Of a DNA stretch of 64,000 nucleotides, positions 56,396-64,000 are shown piece by piece; the stretch's first letter is position 1; every line of letters begins with the position of its first letter. The notes below the pieces were generated by a model that saw only the letters and a program-made list of their open reading frames with translations, was not told the DNA's origin and searched no databases. This DNA comes from Clostridia bacterium. Lineage in GTDB: Bacteria > Bacillota > Clostridia > UMGS1883. The position numbers and the translations under genes were made by a program. The stretch covers positions 9,949 to 73,948 of the forward strand of contig JAZOSB010000026.1 in NCBI GenBank assembly GCA_045656865.1. Direction: 5' to 3'.

Positions 56396-58045
56396 TTACC
56401 CTCCTATTTCAAGCATATGTTCTGCATTTTTTAGTGAAACCTCACTGATATTATCACCGCTTATAATTCGTGCAATTTCATAAACTCTTTCTTTAGTGTC
56501 AAGAGTTTTGATTTCCGTCTTAAATCCACCTTTATGAAGCTTCTTTTCTATCAGGATATGATTGTCTCCGGAAGCGGCAATAACAGGGAGATGCGTGACA
56601 GAAATAAGCTGATAATTTTTTGCTAGTGCTTTCATTTTATTTGCTATCTTTTCCGCAGCACACCCAGACACTCCCGTGTCGATTTCGTCAAACAGCAGTG
56701 TAGGAATGTTGTCAAAATTGGAAAACACCGATTTTATGGCAAGCATTACACGGCTGATTTCACCACCTGATGCAATTCTGGAAAGACTTTTCGGTGATTC
56801 AGACGGATTGGTAGAAATTAAGAACTCAACTCTTTCGCATCCGTTTTCATAAAGGTCACATTCAGTAAAAGAAAACTCTATCCTGCATTTCGGCATATCA
56901 AGGTATGAAAGCTCTTCTGTAAGCCTTTCTGCAAGAATAACTGAATTTTCGTGCCTTTTTTGAGAAATCTTTTTTGCAAGCATCGTTGCTTTTTCAGTAA
57001 GTGAATCCTTTTTCTTTAAAAGTCCATCTATATTCTCATCAAAAGACTTTAGGAAAAGTAGCTTTTCGGAAGCTTCATCATAAAACCTAAGAATATCGGG
57101 GATTTCTCCGCCGAATTTCCTTTTAAGCTTGTTTATTTCATCAAGTCTGTCTTCAATTTCACGAAGCTCTCTGTCGTTATATTCAATTCCTGACATATAT
57201 GAAGAAATGTCATGGGAAAGCTCTTCAATTTCATAGTAAAGCTCAGTAGCTTTTTCCAGGTAGGGAAGTGAGGCTTCATCAATATCTGAAAGTGCTTCAA
57301 GTGCTCTTTTTGCGGTATAAAGAAGCTCCTTCGCTCCGTTGCCACCGCCTAATGCGAAGCTTGCCTTTTCAGCGTGTTTGCTGATTGTGCCGGCATTTGA
57401 TAAAACGGTTTTTCGGGAAAGAAGAATCTCTTCTTCCTCGGGAGAAAGGGCGGCCCTTTCAATCTCTTCAGTCTGGTATGTAAGATAATCTATCTCGTTC
57501 TGCCTTGAATGACTGTCCTCACTCATTTTATCGAGCTTGGCAGCAATCTCTTTAAGTTCTCCAAATACATTTTTGTACTCCTTGAGAAGCTCTCCATTTT
57601 CAGAAAAGGCATCAAGAAATCTTATATGCGAGGAGGTATCCATTAAATCAGAGCTATCATGCTGACCGTGGATAATAACTAATTTTTCTCCCACGGCGCG
57701 GAGCAGGGATACATTTACCGCATTGGAATTGATATGACAGAGATTTCTGCCATCACGGTAAAGCTTTCTTGTAATTATTACGTTGCCGTCATCGGGAGTG
57801 ATACCAACGCTTTCAAGGATACTATCTGTTTCCTGTGAGAAAAACACGGCACTTACCCTGCAAAAATCGGCACCCTCCCTTATAATATCACGTGGAGTGC
57901 GTCCGCCCAACACCATATTGAGAGAATTTATGAGCAAAGATTTACCTGCACCGGTTTCTCCCGTTATGACATTAAGCCCTTTATCAAATTCTATAGATGC
58001 GTGCTCAATAACCGCAACATTTTCTATATCAATCTGAATAAGCAT
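56396..58045 (-). CDS. recN: DNA repair protein RecN
   Basis: The start is ATG 58045 (MLIQIDIENVAVI) after AAGGAG. Walker A is GETGAGKS, followed by a long coiled coil, SGGEISR and LFDEIDTG. Confidence 0.95.
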   Translation of the reverse strand: MLIQIDIENVAVIEHASIEFDKGLNVITGETGAGKSLLINSLNMVLGGRTPRDIIREGADFCRVSAVFFSQETDSILESVGITPDDGNVIITRKLYRDGRNLCHINSNAVNVSLLRAVGEKLVIIHGQHDSSDLMDTSSHIRFLDAFSENGELLKEYKNVFGELKEIAAKLDKMSEDSHSRQNEIDYLTYQTEEIERAALSPEEEEILLSRKTVLSNAGTISKHAEKASFALGGGNGAKELLYTAKRALEALSDIDEASLPYLEKATELYYEIEELSHDISSYMSGIEYNDRELREIEDRLDEINKLKRKFGGEIPDILRFYDEASEKLLFLKSFDENIDGLLKKKDSLTEKATMLAKKISQKRHENSVILAERLTEELSYLDMPKCRIEFSFTECDLYENGCERVEFLISTNPSESPKSLSRIASGGEISRVMLAIKSVFSNFDNIPTLLFDEIDTGVSGCAAEKIANKMKALAKNYQLISVTHLPVIAASGDNHILIEKKLHKGGFKTEIKTLDTKERVYEIARIISGDNISEVSLKNAEHMLEIGG

Positions 58046-58055
58046 TGTATTCTCC

Positions 58056-58508
58056 TTAGTTAGCCATATTCTTAAGCTTTTTGGTAAGCTTCTGCGCAGC
58101 TTCTTCACTGCGTGCAGTAACAAAAATGGTATCGTCACCTGCTATTGTGCCCAGACATTCTGAAAACTGCATAGCATCCAAAACACTTGCGGCACCCTGC
58201 GCCATACCTGTCAGAGTCTTTATAACTATAGTATTGAGGGCATAATCAACGCTTACCATACTCTGCCTGAGGATATTTGACATCTTGTCGGAAACACCGT
58301 CGTCACTGCTTTGAGTATGAGGAGCGTAGACATATTTTCCGTTACCGTTAAGCTTCTTTACAAGGCGAAGCTCCTTTATATCTCTTGAAACTGTTGCCTG
58401 TGTAACGTCGAATCCCACCGATGCAAGTGCAACGGTAAGGTCCTGCTGTGTTTCTATATTCTGTTCCTTTATAAGTGCAAGGATTGCTTCATGTCGTTTG
58501 TTTCTCAT
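58056..58508 (-). CDS. argR: Arginine repressor
   Basis: 150 aa with the winged helix RHEAILALIKEQNIETQQDLTVALASVGFDVTQATVSRDIKEL and a C-terminal GTIAGDDTI arginine-binding region. Confidence 0.9.
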   Translation of the reverse strand: MRNKRHEAILALIKEQNIETQQDLTVALASVGFDVTQATVSRDIKELRLVKKLNGNGKYVYAPHTQSSDDGVSDKMSNILRQSMVSVDYALNTIVIKTLTGMAQGAASVLDAMQFSECLGTIAGDDTIFVTARSEEAAQKLTKKLKNMAN

Positions 58509-58521
58509 TTTCTTACCTCTT

Positions 58522-59346
58522 TTAAAGTTTCATTTGAAGTATATCATAAAAACTGAGTTCTTCATTATGTGTCAGCCGTGCCGTATACTGTGATTTTTCA
58601 ACTGTTATATAATCATCTTCTCCAACCGTGCATAAAAACTGTCCGTCTACGGAAAGCTCCGACAGGGCAGAAGCCTTTATTTTAATATTCTTTGTGGGAA
58701 GAACAATACTTCTTGCCTTCAGCATATGGGGGCAAATCGGTGTTATAAGCATTGCATCCGTATCAGGGGAAAGAATAGGACCGCCCGCAGAAAGGGAATA
58801 TGCCGTAGACCCCGTGGGTGTAGCAATAATCATTCCGTCTGCACGGTATCTGCAAAGAGGCTTTTCCTCGCTGTATGCAGTAAAATCTATAAGATGGGAG
58901 TTTTTGCTTCGTGAAAGAACAATTTCATTGAGTGCGTGGTATGTTGCTGTTTCCTTGCCACTGGAAAATACCTTTACGCAAAGCATATAGCGATTATCAT
59001 AATGAATATCATCAGATAAAAGTATCTTTGAAACTTCATTAAGATTACTGCTTTCCATAGTAGAAAGATAACCGAGATTACCCGTGTTTATACCCACAAG
59101 AATATTTTTGTATGGAGCACACTTTTTGGAGGTTGCAATAATCGTTCCGTCTCCGCCCAAAACTGCCACAATAGGGCAGGATGAAAAAAGCTCATCTTCT
59201 GTTTTCGGAATAACCCCGGAAAGAAGATGTGCGTCATCGGCAGGGCAGAATAACTGAGCCTTGCCCTGAAGCAAGGCTATAAGCTCGCTAGCAACTGTAA
59301 GTGCATTCTTTTTATCAAAATTTACAATCAGTGCAATTTTTTTCAA
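58522..59346 (-). CDS. nadK: NAD(+) kinase
   Basis: GGDGTI, NTGNLGYL and PTGSTAYSLSAGGP motifs. TTG start after GGGGTGA. Confidence 0.9.
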   Translation of the reverse strand: MKKIALIVNFDKKNALTVASELIALLQGKAQLFCPADDAHLLSGVIPKTEDELFSSCPIVAVLGGDGTIIATSKKCAPYKNILVGINTGNLGYLSTMESSNLNEVSKILLSDDIHYDNRYMLCVKVFSSGKETATYHALNEIVLSRSKNSHLIDFTAYSEEKPLCRYRADGMIIATPTGSTAYSLSAGGPILSPDTDAMLITPICPHMLKARSIVLPTKNIKIKASALSELSVDGQFLCTVGEDDYITVEKSQYTARLTHNEELSFYDILQMKL

Positions 59347-59374
59347 ATAATCACCCCATTGTATTTTTACATTT

Positions 59375-59388
59375 TGTATAATTATACA
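59375..59388. promoter_or_regulatory. Perfect 14-bp palindrome TGTATAATTATACA, ARG-box-like candidate ArgR operator
   Basis: The palindrome overlaps the -10 of the nadK-argR-recN promoter. It differs from the ARG-box core TGAAT-wwww-ATTCA at one position per half-site. Confidence 0.4.
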
Positions 59389-59409
59389 TCATTTTTGTAT
59401 GAAGGTCAA
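59381..59409 (-). promoter_or_regulatory. Sigma-A promoter of nadK-argR-recN
   Basis: On the minus strand: TTGACC (59409-59404), 17-nt spacer, TATAAT (59386-59381). Confidence 0.6.
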
Positions 59410-59422
59410 TAAAATTAAAGTA

Positions 59423-59448
59423 AATTGTACGCTGATTATTGTACAATT
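59423..59448. repeat. Inverted repeat AATTGTAC-N10-GTACAATT in the divergent intergenic region
   Basis: The arms lie at 59423-59430 and 59441-59448, between the nadK promoter and the promoter of the 59609 cassette. Confidence 0.35.
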
Positions 59449-59491
59449 GTATCATAACACAAATCTCGTTCATACTCAAAACAGAAAAGAA

Positions 59492-59520
59492 TTGAAAAAC
59501 AAGGAAGTTTGTTATATAAT
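59492..59520 (+). promoter_or_regulatory. Sigma-A promoter of the 59609-60994 cassette
   Basis: TTGAAA (59492-59497), 17-nt spacer, TATAAT (59515-59520). This leaves a leader of about 80 nt. Confidence 0.55.
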
Positions 59521-59608
59521 GAATTTAGTAATATTTCAATACTCTTTGAATAGGAATTATCTTAATTTAAAGTACGAATAAATTAAATTATACAAAGGAG
59601 GTCTTTGT

Positions 59609-59932
59609 ATGGCAAAATTAGAAAAGACAATCACAGGTGATTTTAGCAGTATACTGCGAAGAATTGAAGATGGTATATTAAACGGAAGTGTATCCGCAAG
59701 TCTTGAAGACAGCAGCGACTTTTGTATTGGAGACACTCGCTGTAGCGTAAGAGTGTTTGAAAGATACAGTTATATGGGTGGAAACCGTGTCAGCCTTAAT
59801 GTAACTTTGTTTGGAAACGGAGATACGATTCATCTTTCTGCAATAACCGCAGGAGGAAGTCAGGCGGTGTTTTTCAAGGTAAATACCTTTGGTGAAGAAG
59901 CCTTTTTGGAAAAGCTTCGGGAAATATTATAA
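59609..59932 (+). CDS. Small cytoplasmic protein of unknown function (107 aa)
   Basis: A strong RBS (AAAGGAGG) lies upstream. There is no signal peptide or TM helix. The sequence ...CSVRVFERYSYMGGNRVSLNVTLFGNGDTIHLSAITAGGSQAVFFKVNTFGEEAF vaguely recalls an uncharacterised DUF family of Firmicutes; I cannot name it reliably. Confidence 0.6.
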   Translation: MAKLEKTITGDFSSILRRIEDGILNGSVSASLEDSSDFCIGDTRCSVRVFERYSYMGGNRVSLNVTLFGNGDTIHLSAITAGGSQAVFFKVNTFGEEAFLEKLREIL

Positions 59933-59945
59933 GGAGGAAATTCCT

Positions 59946-60428
59946 ATGAAACAAATTTTAACCATATTAATTTTATTATGCAGTTTATTATTCGCCGCCT
60001 GTGACAATGCAAGTATCGGAGTAATAGGCGGTGCTGACGGACCGACAAGCATTATTGTCAGCAATAGCGGTGACAAATGGGGGATTACTCTACGAACTGA
60101 AAACGTTACAAAGACCGGCATGACATTAAAAATAGAGCAGTTTGGAGGAAATCCCGACGGAGAGTTAGAAACAGGCGAATGGTTTAAGCTTGAAAAAACA
60201 GTTGATGATAACTGGACACCTGTTGAAACAAATCCCCTCATTGATTATGCGTGGAATGACGTAGCATATGAAATTAAAAGAAATGACATAACAGAGCTTC
60301 AGGTTGAATGGAAATGGCTTTATGGTGAGCTTGAGCAGGGCTTGTACCGTTTAACAAAAGAAATAGTATTTAGATCGGCAGGGGGCTTCGATAAAGATCT
60401 TTACGAGGTGTATTTTACAATTAATTGA
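59946..60428 (+). CDS. Lipoprotein of unknown function (probable Ig-like beta-sandwich)
   Basis: ATG 59946 follows AAGGAGG. The lipobox is MKQILTILILLCSLLFAAC. The body (GMTLKIEQFGGNPDGELETGEWFKLEK...WKWLYGELEQGLYRLTKEI) resembles uncharacterised gut-Clostridia lipoproteins. Confidence 0.65.
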   Translation: MKQILTILILLCSLLFAACDNASIGVIGGADGPTSIIVSNSGDKWGITLRTENVTKTGMTLKIEQFGGNPDGELETGEWFKLEKTVDDNWTPVETNPLIDYAWNDVAYEIKRNDITELQVEWKWLYGELEQGLYRLTKEIVFRSAGGFDKDLYEVYFTIN

Positions 60429-60452
60429 CTTTACATAAAGGAGCTGATACAG

Positions 60453-60557
60453 GTGGAACAAATTAACTTTACTGTTTTTTTCATATATATTCTACCGGTA
60501 ATTGTAGGCTTACTGTTGGGGATGTCCCTTTGGAAACTTAGGAAAACTTATAAATGA
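60453..60557 (+). CDS. Candidate 34-codon single-pass membrane micro-protein (not in the ORF track)
   Basis: GTG 60453 lies 9 nt after AAGGAG. The product is MEQINFTVFFIYILPVIVGLLLGMSLWKLRKTYK, one TM helix plus a basic tail. The stop TGA (60555-60557) overlaps the next ATG (ATGA). Confidence 0.45.
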   Translation: MEQINFTVFFIYILPVIVGLLLGMSLWKLRKTYK

Positions 60558-60994
60558 GGATAATTAAAAAAATATTACCCATTATCATAATTTTGCTGAT
60601 TATCGGTCTTATATATTCATTTTTCCATATCAGCGGTTGGGAAATAAAAAATTTAAACAGTCTTTCCGAAGCGGAGTCGGTAACTCTTACGGTATATGAC
60701 GACAGTATCGTTGAAAGTGTAGAGTATGAGTTAAATAAGAGTCAGATACAGAAGCTTCAGGTTCTTTTTAAAGAAAACTCATATACCCGCAGGCTTTCCA
60801 ACACAATTATCGGTGTGTTACCTGATAAATCATACAGAATACTTGCAAACTGGAATGACAACGGACAGAAACACCTCTACATATCAATGTTAGGCGGGAA
60901 ATATATACAGGTTATGCGGCAGTTTGGAAACGCGTACCACAAAATTAAAAATCCTGATTTTGAAAAGGAACTGATTGCTATTATTGAAGGATAA
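60554..60994 (+). CDS. N-terminally membrane-anchored protein of unknown function (146 aa)
   Basis: The TM anchor is ILPIIIILLIIGLIYSFF, followed by a soluble domain of about 115 aa with no motif I recognise. The gene is followed by a strong terminator. Confidence 0.6.
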   Translation: MRIIKKILPIIIILLIIGLIYSFFHISGWEIKNLNSLSEAESVTLTVYDDSIVESVEYELNKSQIQKLQVLFKENSYTRRLSNTIIGVLPDKSYRILANWNDNGQKHLYISMLGGKYIQVMRQFGNAYHKIKNPDFEKELIAIIEG

Positions 60995-60996
60995 AA

Positions 60997-61028
60997 AAGA
61001 GGTTGTTTCGATTACGAAACAACCTCTT
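60997..61028. terminator. Bidirectional rho-independent terminator (cassette / groEL)
   Basis: AAGAGGTTGTTTCG (60997-61010), loop ATTA, CGAAACAACCTCTT (61015-61028), with an A-run upstream. Confidence 0.85.
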
Positions 61029-61046
61029 AAACTGTGTCAGCCGTTA

Positions 61047-62687
<1,641 letters not shown>

Positions 62688-62699
62688 TCACTCCTTTAA

Positions 62700-62996
<297 letters not shown>

Positions 62997-63041
62997 CTAA
63001 AATAATAATTAACATTTTAAAAAATATGCCCTTAAATATAT

Positions 63042-63069
63042 ATAATACCACATTTGGGAAATTTTTCAA
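63042..63069 (-). promoter_or_regulatory. Sigma-A promoter (extended -10) of groES-groEL
   Basis: On the minus strand: TTGAAA (63069-63064), 16-nt spacer ending in TGg, TATTAT (63047-63042). Confidence 0.5.
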
Positions 63070-63148
63070 CAATTATTTATAAAGTTCACAAAAAAATAAT
63101 AATTCTCCAAAATTACTCATAATCTTTTGATAGAAAGGTTGTGAAAAA

Positions 63149-63721
63149 ATGGAAAAAATAATTGAGCTTATCCCACTTGCAGAAATAGGACAGGGAAGAG
63201 CAAGAATCAGGGATAACAGCGTAGAAATCGAGATAAACGGCGTAAGCGGAGGGCTGAAAGCATGGCTCATAGGCGGTGAAGCCGTGCCGATAGGAAATAT
63301 AGTAGATGGAAAACTGCAGAAAAGTATCAGTACAAAGGGACATATCGGGATACTTATAACACAGAGCGGAAGACAAATGTTTATAGGGAAATTTGAAAAG
63401 GAAAGTACCCCCGAAATGGCTGAAATTAAGGAAATAGCGCCTTTTAACATTGAGGGCTTTAAGTGGAAAAAGATTACCGGAAAATCCTTTTCGGAGGTAA
63501 GCCGTGAAATTCGCTTTATCCTAAGTAACAAAACTATATATGAAAACTACAAAAAACACGGACACTATTGGGTAGGAGATTGTGAAACAAGCGGCGCGTT
63601 GGCTCTTAGGTGTGACGACGAATCAGACCCTCTCGAATTTCTTGGCAAGATTAAAATGAAGGAAAACGGTTATGTCATTGTCTGCATAGATAAAAAAACC
63701 AATAAACTCTACATACCCTAA
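63149..63721 (+). CDS. Hypothetical cytoplasmic protein (190 aa)
   Basis: An RBS (GAAAGG) lies upstream and a terminator lies directly downstream. The opposite-strand ORF 63073..63531 has low-complexity antisense-type composition. I recognise no motif. Confidence 0.6.
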   Translation: MEKIIELIPLAEIGQGRARIRDNSVEIEINGVSGGLKAWLIGGEAVPIGNIVDGKLQKSISTKGHIGILITQSGRQMFIGKFEKESTPEMAEIKEIAPFNIEGFKWKKITGKSFSEVSREIRFILSNKTIYENYKKHGHYWVGDCETSGALALRCDDESDPLEFLGKIKMKENGYVIVCIDKKTNKLYIP

Positions 63722-63747
63722 AAGAGATGATGTTGCATCATCTCTTT
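63721..63747. terminator. Bidirectional rho-independent terminator
   Basis: AGAGATGATG (63723-63732), loop TTG, CATCATCTCT (63736-63745), flanked by AAA and TTTTT. Confidence 0.8.
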
Positions 63748-64000
63748 TTCAAATACGTATTTGGATTAAGAGGAATTCCGTTCTTTACCACTTCAAAATG
63801 CAAGTGCGGGCCTGTGGAACGACCGGTATTACCGCTTAGTGCTATCTCCGTATTGCAATTAACAGCCTGCCCCTTGGAAACCGTTATTTTGTCTAAGTGG
63901 GCGTATGCGGTCACAACTCCGTTTCCGTGGTCTATTTTTACCAAATTTCCATAAGTGCCGCCATCTCCTGCAAAAATGACTGTTCCACATTCCGCAGCCT
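63738..64000 (-). CDS. M23 family metallopeptidase, C-terminal part (gene continues past the right edge)
   Basis: GDGGTYGNLVKIDHGNGVVTAYAHL ... GNTGRSTGPHLHFEV (HxxxD/HxH LytM motifs). The frame is open to position 64000. Confidence 0.85.
   Translation of the reverse strand, partial: AAECGTVIFAGDGGTYGNLVKIDHGNGVVTAYAHLDKITVSKGQAVNCNTEIALSGNTGRSTGPHLHFEVVKNGIPLNPNTYLKKR

Noticed and set aside
59399-59581. 60-aa ORF (MKVNKIKVNCTLIIVQLYH...) in the nadK / cassette intergenic region
   Set aside because: It has no SD, is extremely AT-rich and spans both divergent promoters. It is most simply an accidental ORF in regulatory DNA.
63073-63531. 152-aa minus-strand ORF opposite the 63149..63721 gene
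   Set aside because: It has an S/P/I/L-rich low-complexity sequence, no SD and would start inside the groES promoter region. The plus-strand ORF has an RBS and a terminator.

Overview
The window is 64 kb of a low-GC Firmicutes chromosome. It most likely comes from a spore-forming member of the Clostridia: spoIIR is present, IspH is fused to ribosomal protein S1, transketolase is split, and the FBPase is class 3. Taxonomy is inference only. I resolve about 62 protein-coding genes in long co-directional operons, many with ATGA or TAATG overlaps, plus one clear pseudogene. Rho-independent terminators sit at nearly every convergent junction, and several sigma-A type promoters are readable.

I found no rRNA, tRNA, CRISPR array, transposase, integrase or phage gene. 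Content is mainly housekeeping:
- Purine salvage: xpt plus a BMP-family nucleoside-type ABC transporter.
- cysE-cysS-mrnC, split transketolase and pcrA.
- cmk-plsC-ispH/rpsA.
- asp23-yloV-recG.
- ispE-spoIIR-trmB followed by an SbcD/SbcC-like pair.
- lepA-hemW-recX-rimO-pgsA-alr-radA.
- A kduI-kduD hexuronate locus with an AraC regulator.
- nadK-argR-recN and groES-groEL.

I do not see a convincing, complete novel multi-gene system. The best leads are:
1. kduD is broken by one TAA exactly on the catalytic Tyr codon, beside a possible gene relic.
2. A 26-bp hairpin sequesters the SD of an orphan protein with 20 cysteines.
3. A short Rad50/SbcC-like ATPase has a two-helix membrane hairpin where the zinc hook should be, and it is coupled to an SbcD-like nuclease.
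4. A self-contained four-gene cassette of unknown function lies between recN and groEL and includes an untracked 34-codon membrane ORF.
5. A stand-alone protein carries an RNA polymerase alpha-CTD-like domain.

All function calls rest on motifs I recognise by eye in the supplied translations. No searches, folding or composition calculations were run.
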